Shown: positions 1 through 9,788 of the stretch, piece by piece
Layout of the letters: every line of letters starts with the position of its first letter
How positions within the stretch are numbered: position 1 is the stretch's first letter
DNA from: an uncultured virus (IMG/VR IMGVR_UViG_3300010430_000021)
Lineage: Duplodnaviria; Heunggongvirae; Uroviricota; Caudoviricetes
Virus record (IMG/VR): IMGVR_UViG_3300010430_000021
Reading direction: 5' to 3' (one strand)
DNA: 64,000 nt
The notes under the pieces: generated by a model
What the model was told of the DNA's origin: nothing
The model's input: the letters and a program-made list of their open reading frames with translations, nothing else
The model's database searches: none
Made by a program: the position numbers and the translations under genes

Positions 1-2
1 AC

Positions 3-776
3 ACAGCCGAGCAGTACGCGGTCAACGTCCGAAGAGCCTACGCCGTGGGCGGCCCGCTCGAGCGACTTGTCGACACAGAGCTCTCTCCAAAGTACCTGCG
101 ACTCATAAAGGCATCCGTGAAGGCTTGGGCAGAGTTTCACCATGACGACGATCTGGTTGCGGAGATCAAGCGAGTCAAACTCCCAACGGCAATCCGCCGC
201 AAAGAGAGCGTGCCTCTCACAGAGAAGGAGTGGCGCAACCTGGCGCAAGAGATCGACGAAGCCGACTACATCCCCGAGCCCATGCGCGGCGAGCTAGGGA
301 TGCTCGTGTGTCGAGGCTTTCGACGTGGCGACGTGTTGCGATTGAAGCGCAAGGAAGTCACCACGGCATTGCGCAAGGGCGTGCTCGACTACGAAGGCAA
401 AGGCCGCAAGCGTCTCGTCTTCACAGTCGCGCCGTCGTGGCGCAAATACCTCGAGCTTTTTGCCGACTTCGATAAATGGGATCGGGTCGAGGACTTGATC
501 TGTCCCGCCGCAAGCGAGCGCACGCGACGCGACTCCGCGGGCAAAGCTGTCTCGCGAGCTCTCGAGAAATGCGGCTCGAGCATCGGCCTCGATTCCGAAG
601 ACGTGCATCCCCACTTGCTCCGCAAGACCTACGCGACCCTCTACTACGCCAAGTGCCTCGATCCCGCCAAGCTACAAGCCCACATGCAATGGGCTGATAT
701 TACTACAGCGATGGGCTACGTGAATGCAGGCACCCGGGAAGAGCTCGACGCCATCGCCGATTCTTTGTTCCAGTAA
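3..776 (+). CDS. int: Tyrosine recombinase/integrase (5' truncated by window edge)
   Basis: Catalytic residues in order: GFRRGD (R), HPHLLRKT (HxxR), HMQW...MGY (Y); frame is open back to position 3. Confidence 0.9.
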   Translation, partial: TAEQYAVNVRRAYAVGGPLERLVDTELSPKYLRLIKASVKAWAEFHHDDDLVAEIKRVKLPTAIRRKESVPLTEKEWRNLAQEIDEADYIPEPMRGELGMLVCRGFRRGDVLRLKRKEVTTALRKGVLDYEGKGRKRLVFTVAPSWRKYLELFADFDKWDRVEDLICPAASERTRRDSAGKAVSRALEKCGSSIGLDSEDVHPHLLRKTYATLYYAKCLDPAKLQAHMQWADITTAMGYVNAGTREELDAIADSLFQ

Positions 777-815
777 TCTTGCACGCTTGGGATTTAATGA
801 GCTAGCCTCGGTTTC

Positions 816-992
816 ATGCCGAGTCACATGTATCTAGTCCGAGGGGGCGATGGGAAGATGAGGACCATCATGGCCTTTTCGACCAAGGGTGCTGTGAAGA
901 TCTATTTGGAAAACTACCCGGCCCGTAAAGGGGACATCCTCTCAGTCAAGCTCCGAGGCCAGGGCGATTGGGAGGAATACGACATCAGATGA
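816..992 (+). CDS. Small hypothetical protein (58 aa, MPSHMYLVRGG...)
   Basis: Read manually (below ORF-track cutoff); its TGA overlaps the next ATG (ATGA at 989-992). Confidence 0.55.
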   Translation: MPSHMYLVRGGDGKMRTIMAFSTKGAVKIYLENYPARKGDILSVKLRGQGDWEEYDIR

Positions 993-1252
993 ACAATACC
1001 CGTCCAGACTATCGCGAAGTTGAAACCATTCGAGATCCCGATGGCGTTGTCGCCATCATCACAGAGCGGATCGCTACGGGGAAGTATTCCTTCCGCATCG
1101 TCAAAGAGTACGTGCTCAACGGAGTCGTGAAGCAAACCGCTTTCTTTGGACGCAGGCACCTTCCTGGTGTCGCTCGACTCACAACGCAAGTCGCCGACCG
1201 GCTAGACATCCTCGAAGATGTTCACAAGGTCGAGCGCGCGGTCACACGCTAA
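989..1252 (+). CDS. Hypothetical protein
   Basis: ATG at 989 coupled to the upstream stop; followed by a terminator. Confidence 0.6.
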   Translation: MNNTRPDYREVETIRDPDGVVAIITERIATGKYSFRIVKEYVLNGVVKQTAFFGRRHLPGVARLTTQVADRLDILEDVHKVERAVTR

Positions 1253-1290
1253 AAAACCCCCTCCGCAGAATTGCGAAGAGGGCTTCGTTT
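1251..1290. terminator. Probable bidirectional intrinsic terminator
   Basis: A6 - CCCTCCGCA/TGCGAAGAGGG hairpin - T-rich tail, between convergent genes. Confidence 0.6.
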
Positions 1291-1358
1291 GTGGACAGAC
1301 ACAGTTGCGGCTAGCGCCGCGTCCGCAAACAGCTCATGAAACAGAAGCGCCTACGAGG

Positions 1359-1835
1359 TTACTCAAGCCCTGCGAAGGGGTCAACAGGCTGTTGTACCGC
1401 TTCGTAGTCGGGCATCTTGGACGCTGAGGGTTTTGACTTCCTCGCCCGTTCCCTCTTCTTCTCTCGAATCTCCTCAAGTCTCGCCGCTCGCGCGAGCCGC
1501 TCCCTTTGGTTGCGTGGAGAATCTTCTTCTACTTGGTCTTCTACGAACTCTTCGAGCTCAACAACCCAACCCTCGAGATCGTCGATACGCATCCCTTGGA
1601 TCTCGATTGCCTCTTGCATCACCAAGTAGGCTCTCTTGAGCCGTGTCTCGCTGAAGGCTTGCGCCTCGACCTGGGAGACCTCGGCTTGCTTGTCGGCTTC
1701 CTCAGCCTTGTGAGCGGCGCTCTGGCTGGACTCTCGAGAGTCGAGCCAGCCAAGCACGGCTAGGACCACCGCGAGTAGCGGCGTCCCATAGACGTGAGCC
1801 TTCCCTGCTTTGCTCTGTTCCCCCGAATCAGACAT
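1359..1835 (-). CDS. Membrane protein with N-terminal TM helix and coiled coil
   Basis: PLLAVVLAVLGWL followed by a charged helical region; directly downstream of the endolysin. Confidence 0.7.
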   Translation of the reverse strand: MSDSGEQSKAGKAHVYGTPLLAVVLAVLGWLDSRESSQSAAHKAEEADKQAEVSQVEAQAFSETRLKRAYLVMQEAIEIQGMRIDDLEGWVVELEEFVEDQVEEDSPRNQRERLARAARLEEIREKKRERARKSKPSASKMPDYEAVQQPVDPFAGLE

Positions 1836-1849
1836 ACCCAGATCTTACC

Positions 1850-2596
1850 CTAGGGCAGCACAAGCTCGAAGTGCATATCGTCGGCGAAGGTCTTCCAATC
1901 GCCGCCCCAGCCGAATCCGACCGACTTAATGGCGTCCACGAAGGGCTTGTCCATGCCATTGGGGCGAATCTCATGCCATTCGTCGCTCCAAGGCACAGGC
2001 TTGTCCTTGGGGTACTTGTAGCGGATTGCGGGGTTCTCAGGTGGGTTGATGTCGAAGGCGATGCCAAAGCTGTGGTAGCTGAGCTTGTTCTTCGACCTCA
2101 TGAGCCTGTAGTTGAACGCGCCGAAGCGTGTGATTCGGTAGTCCGACACCAAAGCGGCGCGGCGCAGTGCCTCGCGGACGTAGGGCTCGGCGAGCTTGTG
2201 CAGCTTCACGTATCGGTGTGGATCGACGCCAGGCAGCGCCATCGCTTTGCGATAGGTGCGAATGTTCTCCTTGAGCCACTTCTTGTCGACCTTGGGACCG
2301 TTGGAAGGGTTTCCGAAGAGCTCGTAGACATCCTTGCGCCCTCGGGGGATGTAGGAAAGCGGACCATCGAACACGTCCCACAGTTGGCGGGTTGGGTCGG
2401 TGGGCGCGTCATCAATGACGGAGCCATCGAAGTCTAGGATTTCGTCATTCAGAACGCTGTGTAACGTGTGCTTGCCCAGCTTCGCATCGGCATCGAGCAG
2501 ATGGTTCTCTTGCCAAAGTTTGGTGAGGCGGGTTAGGTGCTTGCCCGTGACTTTGCCTTCGTCGATCTGCTTCTGGTTGAACTCGTCTGGGGTCAT
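1850..2596 (-). CDS. Endolysin, peptidase M15 family, with N-terminal PG-binding-like segment
   Basis: FNYR...LSYHSFGIAFDIN...WGGDW...DDMHFE zinc motif; N-terminal WQENHLLDADAKLGKHT resembles a PGBD. Confidence 0.85.
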   Translation of the reverse strand: MTPDEFNQKQIDEGKVTGKHLTRLTKLWQENHLLDADAKLGKHTLHSVLNDEILDFDGSVIDDAPTDPTRQLWDVFDGPLSYIPRGRKDVYELFGNPSNGPKVDKKWLKENIRTYRKAMALPGVDPHRYVKLHKLAEPYVREALRRAALVSDYRITRFGAFNYRLMRSKNKLSYHSFGIAFDINPPENPAIRYKYPKDKPVPWSDEWHEIRPNGMDKPFVDAIKSVGFGWGGDWKTFADDMHFELVLP

Positions 2597-2600
2597 ATCT

Positions 2601-4115
2601 CTATCTTTCGCAATAGCAGCACAAGCGCCGCGCAGGGTTTTGGGTGAGGGCGGGAGGATCGTCCATCTCTGCCATCGCTTTGTGTGCGGGCGCTAGGTGG
2701 GTAACATCGGAAAGGTCGAGCCTGAGTAGTTCGACGAGCTTACCTATCTTTTGGACTTCCATCCATTTGACTTTGCCCTGCCCGATCTTGTTCAGGCTCC
2801 AACCTGGCCAGCGATTCCCTTTGCCGAAGGCTTGGGCGATGCTCTCGGGCTCCCCGTCACTATTCAGCACGACCTCCACGGTGAACTTGGGGCGTCCTTT
2901 GATGGTGCGGATCGAGTAGACCTTGATGAACTTGAGAGAGATCTTCGTGCCGTAGCCGTGCTCTGATTGCCCGATGCAATGCCCTAGGGCTTCGGACTCG
3001 GCAGGCAGATCATCCGGGCGAAGCTCGACGATGTAGGAACCATCCTTGAACGTGTAGAAGGTGCGTTCTTCCTCTGTGCGATTGTCGTCGGTCTCGAATT
3101 GCTCTTCACCTTCGTCTAGCTCTTCCGAGAGCCTTTCGTTGATGTTGCTGATCATCTCATCCCAATCGGGCTTATAGAAGACGGCTGTAGAAGAGTCCAT
3201 GTGTACTTGAATCTGCTTGTAAGCATCGTCGCGCATATCAAAGAGCGTTTCCGACTCGAGCAGGTAGTCTGCATCGCCGTCGTAGTCCGTGAACAACCGG
3301 ATCGCTTCGTCCACTTCGTCGGAGTAGATGTTGCTGGGCAAGCCGCCCATATCAAAATCGAACTCCAACGATGCCGAGATTGGAACGATGAAGGTGCCAA
3401 AATCGTAAGATGGGTCGTAGTCGTCGATCTTGAATTGGTAAAGCTCTGCGTCTTGGAGGAAGAGCATCATCGCTTCTTCGATGTCACTGCTCGGGATGTC
3501 CGTGGTCTCGTTCCAACGCTCGAACATATCGTCCAAGCGTCCTTCGGGATCGTGAATGGATTCCGAGAGCTCATCGAACGTCAAGCGCTCGAGGTTTTGT
3601 GCAAGCTCGTCTTTGGCGCCATCCTCTTGGTGAGATGCTCGGATGTATTCCTTGTGCCAGTCCCATTGCTGTTTGAGCACACTGAAGAGCTTGTCGATGC
3701 GAGCACGGCTGTTGGGATCGTTGTTGTAGATCGCAGTGCGTACCGCGCCCGTGAGCGTCGAGATTTCCGGGTACGAGAATGCGCTCCGAGGGAGCTTGAT
3801 GATCTCCTCTTCGGACAAATCCTCGAGAGGGACGTAGATAGGCTCTTGCCAAGCCAGGTCTTTCGCTCCGTTCTCTGTGGAGCTTGCAACGATCTGGTCC
3901 CAGAACTCGAGGCCCTTGGCGACTTCTTCGGCTGGCCACTGCTTGAAGTCTTCCATCTCCGACTTGAGCGAGTGCCTGTAGTTGATTAGGGCATCGTCGA
4001 AGTCTTTGTAACCTTCTTGCTGGTCGATCGCTTGCTCGAACATCTCAAACGCGAATGCGCGAGCGCGGTCTTTGGAATCGAACTGGTTGATCTCTGGATT
4101 GTTCTTCAAGCCCAT
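2601..4115 (-). CDS. Acidic protein with C-terminal PcfJ-like domain
   Basis: ESEALGHCIG...VYSIR...PKFTVEV...QAFGKGN matches the PcfJ-like pattern. Confidence 0.7.
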   Translation of the reverse strand: MGLKNNPEINQFDSKDRARAFAFEMFEQAIDQQEGYKDFDDALINYRHSLKSEMEDFKQWPAEEVAKGLEFWDQIVASSTENGAKDLAWQEPIYVPLEDLSEEEIIKLPRSAFSYPEISTLTGAVRTAIYNNDPNSRARIDKLFSVLKQQWDWHKEYIRASHQEDGAKDELAQNLERLTFDELSESIHDPEGRLDDMFERWNETTDIPSSDIEEAMMLFLQDAELYQFKIDDYDPSYDFGTFIVPISASLEFDFDMGGLPSNIYSDEVDEAIRLFTDYDGDADYLLESETLFDMRDDAYKQIQVHMDSSTAVFYKPDWDEMISNINERLSEELDEGEEQFETDDNRTEEERTFYTFKDGSYIVELRPDDLPAESEALGHCIGQSEHGYGTKISLKFIKVYSIRTIKGRPKFTVEVVLNSDGEPESIAQAFGKGNRWPGWSLNKIGQGKVKWMEVQKIGKLVELLRLDLSDVTHLAPAHKAMAEMDDPPALTQNPARRLCCYCER

Positions 4116-5134
4116 TAGAAAGGTACCTCGCTGTCGTCATCTTCGGGGAGCAGGCCGCCATACTTCTCTTCCCAGTAGGCTACCTCCTGGTCGAGTAAGC
4201 GTCGCTCCTCCACGTAATCGGGGAGAGTCAATTGCTCGTGAGTGTTGTGCATCATTGGCATCGTGTCGTTGAGCATGTTCACGTTGATGTCTTCGATATG
4301 GTAGGGCCGCCCAGCGGGCAAGGAGAACCAAACAGCCTTCGCGAAGTTGTCGATGCGGCGCTTGCCCTTGAGCTCGAATTGATGATTGAAGTTGTCGAAG
4401 CTGTCGTAGGGATGCTTCTGAGACGGGCCGTTGAAAGCCTGGTCGATGACATGCTGGTTCCAGTCCATGAAGACGTTGAGAGCGTCTCGCTTGCGGCGGT
4501 ACGCAATCTTGGTCTCGTCTCGAGGGCTTGCAGCAAGCCACCAACCGTCGCGCCATCCCGAGAAGGGAGGGTTGGGATGCAGAGGGTGCTTGAAGCCTGT
4601 GAGTCCTTCGGAGGACATGATGGAATCCATCGCCCCAGGGGTGAGCTCCCAGTCCTGTGTGTACTCGAAGAGCTGGACGATGGCATCCTCTTGCGTGTCC
4701 GCTTCAACGTGCCCGTGCGGGCCTCGCGAGTCGAGCATCGAGCCCTGCCATTCACAGCCAGGTCGAGCGCACGGATGGATGAGCGCAGCCCATTCGCGTC
4801 CTGGGCTGAAGAGCTCGATAGGATCGTCGCCGGCTTGGTAGACGAAGGCTTTTGCCTTCGCGGTGAAGCGGGTGCTCCGGGTGACGGGCGTGAGCTCGAG
4901 CTTTTTCCACAGGCGTGGATCTCCCAGTTTCTTGAGCAGCACGATGTCGCCGTAGGGAAACTCGTCGGTGATGACAGCATGAGGGCCGAGCTCCTCCAGG
5001 TCGGCGCCGGCAGGGGCCAGGAAGAGGAAGCGGTAGCCCTCTTTTTCGAGGCCATCAACCATGTCCATAGCGCCGTCCGCGCCCCAGTACCAATCAATGT
5101 AGGAGTCTTCTAGTTCTTCAGATGATAGCTTCAT
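4115..5134 (-). CDS. Hypothetical protein (339 aa)
   Basis: Long ORF with stop/start coupling to the PcfJ-like gene. Confidence 0.75.
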   Translation of the reverse strand: MKLSSEELEDSYIDWYWGADGAMDMVDGLEKEGYRFLFLAPAGADLEELGPHAVITDEFPYGDIVLLKKLGDPRLWKKLELTPVTRSTRFTAKAKAFVYQAGDDPIELFSPGREWAALIHPCARPGCEWQGSMLDSRGPHGHVEADTQEDAIVQLFEYTQDWELTPGAMDSIMSSEGLTGFKHPLHPNPPFSGWRDGWWLAASPRDETKIAYRRKRDALNVFMDWNQHVIDQAFNGPSQKHPYDSFDNFNHQFELKGKRRIDNFAKAVWFSLPAGRPYHIEDINVNMLNDTMPMMHNTHEQLTLPDYVEERRLLDQEVAYWEEKYGGLLPEDDDSEVPF

Positions 5135-5332
5135 GTTGCCTCGGAGTACGATTCACTGTAAAAAGGGCCCGCTATGACGGGGATGATACACTGGGGGCCC
5201 GAGGGGGCCTCTGCGCCAGCTTGCGGCGCGAAAGAGGCTTTTCGAGTCGATGCGTCGATGTCGGCGCCCAATTGCGATGTGTGTCGGACGATGATTTCGA
5301 TGCAGATCGACGCATTGCGCTACCCCGATGAG

Positions 5333-5926
5333 CTACCTAAGCGCCTTGTAGGTCAAGTATCCGGCGACTGCCACACCAAGTAGTGCGATGCCCCCCGCGC
5401 CCGAGTAGAAGACTACGCCGCGGTCTTTGGCCCATTTGAGGGCGAGGGGGGCGTAGCTGGCCCCGGACATGAAGGTCTCGCCAGGGACGCCACGACCAAG
5501 GAGCTGCATCTTGGAGCCCCAACCCGTCGATGGCTTGCCGTACTTGGACTCGTAGGCGGCGTGAGCAGCGTCCGCAAACTTCACGTCAAAGTGAACGTGC
5601 GGCGCACTGTTCTTTGTGCCGGTGGTGCCCAGCGTCCCAATTTGCTGCCCGCGCTTCACACGGTCGCCTTGGGACACCATGTTCTTGTCGTTGTGCAGGT
5701 AGCGCGTGTGCATCCCGTTGCCGTGGTGGATGGCAATCCAGCGCCCGGCGAACGAGTTGTCCGTGTTGTCTACTCGAGCAATCACACCATCGGCAGCCGC
5801 GAGCACAGGAGAGCCCTTTGGGGCGGGGAAGTCCATGCCTTCGTGCCAGCCGTCGCGGTAATCGCGTGGTCGGCCCCAGCCGCTTGAGACAAATCCTCGT
5901 GGTGTTGGTGGTGTGAGTCGAATCAT
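5333..5926 (-). CDS. Peptidase M23 with C-terminal membrane anchor
   Basis: HEGMD (HxxxD), YLH and PHVHF (HxH) motifs; C-terminal GIALLGVAVAGYLTYKALR. Confidence 0.9.
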   Translation of the reverse strand: MIRLTPPTPRGFVSSGWGRPRDYRDGWHEGMDFPAPKGSPVLAAADGVIARVDNTDNSFAGRWIAIHHGNGMHTRYLHNDKNMVSQGDRVKRGQQIGTLGTTGTKNSAPHVHFDVKFADAAHAAYESKYGKPSTGWGSKMQLLGRGVPGETFMSGASYAPLALKWAKDRGVVFYSGAGGIALLGVAVAGYLTYKALR

Positions 5927-6004
5927 AGTGCGCTCCAGATCATCATTCCCCCGCCGATTGCGAGGACTACTGCGAATATGTAGGTGGCGAGTGCTGCCCG
6001 ATCG

Positions 6005-6202
6005 TCATCCATCGGTCTTCTCTTTGACCATGGATTTGAATTTGTTCGCCAGGTACATGCCGGCGAGCTGGTCGAGCCCGAGCTCCGTGCAGATGGTCGA
6101 GACCACCTTGCCCGCGAACTCGGGGTCTTTGCGAACTTCTCCCACAGCGCCTTTCATAGCGCTGCGGAGTCGTTCGATAACCGCGTCCTTGTTCATGGAC
6201 AT
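6005..6202 (-). CDS. Hypothetical protein
   Basis: In-operon ORF abutting the upstream gene. Confidence 0.55.
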   Translation of the reverse strand: MSMNKDAVIERLRSAMKGAVGEVRKDPEFAGKVVSTICTELGLDQLAGMYLANKFKSMVKEKTDG

Positions 6203-6203
6203 G

Positions 6204-6554
6204 CTACGTCCAGGCAGAGTTGAAGACGGCCACGACGGCAGCTTCGATTGCAGCGTTGGTATAGCCGTTGTAGTTGAGCGCCGTGATCGTGTGAATGACT
6301 ACCGCAACGAGCTCGTTGATCTCGTTCCAGTCGAGCGAGTCGGCCAGGTCGTTAATCATCACAGAGGTAGGAAGGGCCCAAGAGTGGATCTTGGCTTCTT
6401 CGGGGTTTTGCTTATCAAGCAGAGGGAAGAACCCATTCCTCCATGTCTCGAGTCGCGTTCTGAGGACGACGGCAGACTCGTTGAGGCTGTTGATGTTGCC
6501 ATCAATGAACCTGAACATTTCGTCGTAGTCGCTTGCTACACTTGGTGCTGCCAT
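6204..6554 (-). CDS. Hypothetical protein (possible virion component)
   Basis: Coupled to 6554..7414 by TAATG overlap. Confidence 0.65.
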   Translation of the reverse strand: MAAPSVASDYDEMFRFIDGNINSLNESAVVLRTRLETWRNGFFPLLDKQNPEEAKIHSWALPTSVMINDLADSLDWNEINELVAVVIHTITALNYNGYTNAAIEAAVVAVFNSAWT

Positions 6555-7414
6555 TAGTCTCTAGCCTCCATGATTAGGTGGAAACCTTGGGAGCCGGGGG
6601 CGCCCAAGAAGTAGTCGGAAGGAACTGCGTTTTGGTCTGTGGCGATTTTGACCATGAGGAAGTCAAAGAAGCCTTTGCCTCCAGTCACGCAGTCGTAGCC
6701 AAAGCTCTCAGCTTCTACACCACCAGCAGGTAGAGAGGCAGGGGCCAGCAATTGCACTTCCGTGACGAACGAAGATGCCTGGCCTGTGTCCGATACACTG
6801 AAGGTCAAAGGAAGATACGAGCGCAAGCCGATGACTTCCATCGTCGCCACAGGGAGAGGAAAGCCGCTCACGAAAGCGTGAGCTCCCAAATATCTACGCC
6901 CAAAGCACGGGATGTAGAAGTAGTTGAAGCTCGCGGAGTAGAGCCTCGGAAAACCTTCTGAGATTTTGGGAGCACGCTTTGTCGCGATTTGTGACGGCGC
7001 GTTGCGCGTGTAGACCACAATATCCGAGATGGCGTTGATGAGATCGCCCGAAGAGAAGTCCCGAGCCGCGATACCCAAGGGACGGACAAAGGCTTTGGCC
7101 TTTTCGCCGTCCGTGTCTGGGGATTCCTCGAAGTTGCTGACATCGAATCGAGCAATCAAAGGGTGAGCAGAGGAGAACTCGATGCGTTGGTAGTTACCCG
7201 GCGCAACGGGGTCGGGGTAGAACAATTCGTACTTGTCGAAGTCCGATTCCGGTCCAACAGAGATGCCGGCGAAGCCAACGTCGATAGGGATCAGGTCTGC
7301 TACGCCAACCGAAGGCGTGTTGCCTCCAGTAAGGTTCAGCGCATCTGCTTTGATGCGGTAGAAGTCCTTACCGTTGATGATGGCGATGCCTGCATTGGGA
7401 TACGAGAAAGACAT
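6554..7414 (-). CDS. Beta-rich hypothetical protein (possible virion/vertex protein)
   Basis: 286 aa ORF with alternating hydrophobic beta-strand pattern, in the late block. Confidence 0.65.
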   Translation of the reverse strand: MSFSYPNAGIAIINGKDFYRIKADALNLTGGNTPSVGVADLIPIDVGFAGISVGPESDFDKYELFYPDPVAPGNYQRIEFSSAHPLIARFDVSNFEESPDTDGEKAKAFVRPLGIAARDFSSGDLINAISDIVVYTRNAPSQIATKRAPKISEGFPRLYSASFNYFYIPCFGRRYLGAHAFVSGFPLPVATMEVIGLRSYLPLTFSVSDTGQASSFVTEVQLLAPASLPAGGVEAESFGYDCVTGGKGFFDFLMVKIATDQNAVPSDYFLGAPGSQGFHLIMEARD

Positions 7415-7417
7415 GGG

Positions 7418-7939
7418 CTAGCGTCCTTTCCTAAGTAGAGTGAGGATGGAGCCAACCATGTTGGAAACTTGTTCCATCCAAGGGATGGGCTCGATGATGA
7501 AGCGCACCCGGTTGAGCGCGGTGGAAGAGATGAAAAGGCGATTCCCTTTCGCCAAAGAGAATTCCACTTCCACGTTGTTAGGGGGAAGCAAAATGCCTTT
7601 GCCCGATAGAGGGGGAGACACGTCTTCGCGTGTACCGATAGCCACAGGCCCCGCAGTCTCGAGCATGAGGCGCACGCGCACCCAGCTTTCCGCCTGGTAG
7701 AGAAGCTGAGAGCCTCCTACAGAGCCCGTGAGCACGGTAGAAATCTCAGTACGTCCCGAAGCTACAGGAACCGCGGGGGCACCTTCACGCGCGATTGCGG
7801 CGTTCTGCTTTTTGACCTTCTCAGCGCTAGGGATCGAGCGTCCCTGCTCGCCAGGCATTCGGAGCTCCGAGGCCATCTCTTTGATGTCCGGGTCCATCAA
7901 CCTGTTTTTCAATCGTCGTAGTCGTCGTCGTCCTGCCAT
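7418..7939 (-). CDS. Small beta-sandwich-like protein with basic N-terminus (possible penton/spike)
   Basis: Strand pattern (GILLPP...EFSLAKGNRLFI) similar to ORFs 37358 and 37841; AAGGA RBS. Confidence 0.6.
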   Translation of the reverse strand: MAGRRRLRRLKNRLMDPDIKEMASELRMPGEQGRSIPSAEKVKKQNAAIAREGAPAVPVASGRTEISTVLTGSVGGSQLLYQAESWVRVRLMLETAGPVAIGTREDVSPPLSGKGILLPPNNVEVEFSLAKGNRLFISSTALNRVRFIIEPIPWMEQVSNMVGSILTLLRKGR

Positions 7940-7949
7940 GGTGTTCCTT

Positions 7950-8681
7950 TTATGCGATGAGAATGAGTGCCGCTCCGAGCCCTAGTCCTATGACGGGCCC
8001 CCGCCAAGACGACGGCATGTACTGCGCAACGTTTGCGGGCAGAGTGTAGTCACCTGCCGGGGGTTTGGGAATCTTGACGGGAGACCCAATCCAAAAAGAG
8101 GGCTTCACAAGCTGGCCAATCTCCCAAAGCACGTCAATGACGTGGACGCGGAACCAGACTTTGCCCGCAGATTGTCGCCCAAGTGACATTCCGCCGACCC
8201 GATCCACGTAATCAACAAGCTGTCTCCAACTGTTGGCGCCGGATTTCTTGAGCAGGGTGCGCGTGCCTCCTGCCCCGATGGAGAAGGCGAGGCGGGCCAG
8301 CTTCCAGTTGTCCACGGTACCGAGGCCGATGGAAGGACGGGCAAGCCACATCTCCACAGCCATCATTTGGTACTCGATGCAACCAAGGAAGACGTTGTTC
8401 TCTTCGTTGAATCGAGAGCCCGCGTCGAGCCCTACCTTCGCAGGGAAGCTCTTGGTGATTTGGAAGATGCCCACCTCGCCGAGCGTCGAATCCCCTTGTG
8501 AGCTCATCTTCCCGCCCGACTCAAACGATGCGATGGCTGCGAGGAATCCGGCAGACATCCCGCCGCGGTACCTGTTGAGCAGAGGAGACAGACGCGAGTA
8601 AACTCCCGAGGCGCGTTCTGCGTTCCGGGGGATGTCGTTGATCTGTCGTTGGAGCTTAGATTTGTATTCGCTTGAAACCAC
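7950..8681 (-). CDS. Lytic transglycosylase (SLT-like) with C-terminal membrane anchor
   Basis: FLAAIASFESGG (catalytic E-S), GEVGIFQIT (GLMQ-like), NNVFLGCIEY; hydrophobic C-terminus. Confidence 0.75.
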   Translation of the reverse strand: MVSSEYKSKLQRQINDIPRNAERASGVYSRLSPLLNRYRGGMSAGFLAAIASFESGGKMSSQGDSTLGEVGIFQITKSFPAKVGLDAGSRFNEENNVFLGCIEYQMMAVEMWLARPSIGLGTVDNWKLARLAFSIGAGGTRTLLKKSGANSWRQLVDYVDRVGGMSLGRQSAGKVWFRVHVIDVLWEIGQLVKPSFWIGSPVKIPKPPAGDYTLPANVAQYMPSSWRGPVIGLGLGAALILIA

Positions 8682-8733
8682 GGCGGCCTTTACCCACCGG
8701 AGAGCTGGCTCGTGGTCGCCAGGATAGCAGGTT

Positions 8734-9222
8734 TCAGAGCGATTTGAGGAGTTCGTTGACCGCTTCGTTCACCCGTTTCATGGCAGCGGTCGAGCCGTTC
8801 TGCTTGTCGGGGTGGAAGATCTTGGCCAAATCGCGCTGCCTGGCCTTCACCATGGCCGCTGTGAGCTGAATCCCGGGCTCGAACCCGAGGATCGCCCGGG
8901 GATCGGGCGCCGCTGTGGTGGGCTCTGGGGGCCTCTGGTAGTGCTCTTGCGGGGGGATTTGCTGGGCATTTGCCTGATTGGCGGCCCCGGAGAGGAATTC
9001 TCCAAATAAACCGCCTACTTGCTTGGCAAAATCGTTGTTTGAACGGCTGAAAGCCCTGTCTGCCAGGTCGAGCAGATGAAAAAGCGGGGACTCTTCGGGG
9101 AAATCCACCTGTTTGCCATCCAGGTTGAGCTGAATGGCGTGGGCACGGCAGAGAGGCGGGTTGCCGAACCCATTCCTCCTACAGCGCCGATTCCCGTCCT
9201 TGTATGCGCAGCTAGTTGCCAT
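8734..9222 (-). CDS. J-domain (DnaJ-like) protein with N-terminal Cys/His cluster
   Basis: DPRAILG...LAKIFHPDK...MKRVNEA (HPD motif); N-terminal C-x8-C...CxxH. Confidence 0.85.
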   Translation of the reverse strand: MATSCAYKDGNRRCRRNGFGNPPLCRAHAIQLNLDGKQVDFPEESPLFHLLDLADRAFSRSNNDFAKQVGGLFGEFLSGAANQANAQQIPPQEHYQRPPEPTTAAPDPRAILGFEPGIQLTAAMVKARQRDLAKIFHPDKQNGSTAAMKRVNEAVNELLKSL

Positions 9223-9541
9223 TCGTCCCGCGCTTGCCGCACTTCTTGTGTTGGGCCTCAACGTAGTTGACCAAGATGACGAAGGAGGTAGCGAGGCGCA
9301 AGATTTCGTCTTCGCCGTCGATCGATTCGCCGATGTCCTTGGGATCGAGGGGGAGGGGAGGGACAGAATCCCAGCAGCTTTCGTGAACCGTGACGGTCCT
9401 AGGAGCTGGGCACGTCGGGCACGGCTTCGGCGTCGGGCATTTCTTCCGGCTGAAGATCCCGCAGCCGCTCGAGAGCGTCACGGATAGAAGTAGCAACAGA
9501 GCCAGGGGTTGCGTTTTCCATCGCTTCTTTGAGTAGGTCAT
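9212..9541 (-). CDS. Outer-membrane spanin (Rz1-like lipoprotein)
   Basis: Lipobox LLLLLSVTLSSGC, Pro/Cys-rich; overlaps the 3' end of the i-spanin gene in another frame. Confidence 0.75.
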   Translation of the reverse strand: MTYSKKRWKTQPLALLLLLSVTLSSGCGIFSRKKCPTPKPCPTCPAPRTVTVHESCWDSVPPLPLDPKDIGESIDGEDEILRLATSFVILVNYVEAQHKKCGKRGTNGN

Positions 9542-9788
9542 TGCGTTGTGTTCTCACAGTGTCGTAAGCGCTTTGCAGGTTGTCGCGCTCGACGATTAGA
9601 AGGTTCATAGCCTTCTCTTTGTCTGCTACAGCGACTTCTGCCGCGGCGAGTAGAATGCGCTGATCTGCGCTCTCCTCGGTCTTTGCTAGCAGTTTGTCCA
9701 TAGCAGCCGACGCCCTCTTCAGTTGCCAGAAGAGGACGCCGGAAAGCGCCGCTAACAGCGCAAGCGTCGCGACGAGTGCCGCGATCAT
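9399..9788 (-). CDS. Inner-membrane spanin (Rz-like)
   Basis: N-terminal TM helix then long coiled coil; lies between holin and lipoprotein. Confidence 0.75.
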   Translation of the reverse strand: MIAALVATLALLAALSGVLFWQLKRASAAMDKLLAKTEESADQRILLAAAEVAVADKEKAMNLLIVERDNLQSAYDTVRTQRNDLLKEAMENATPGSVATSIRDALERLRDLQPEEMPDAEAVPDVPSS

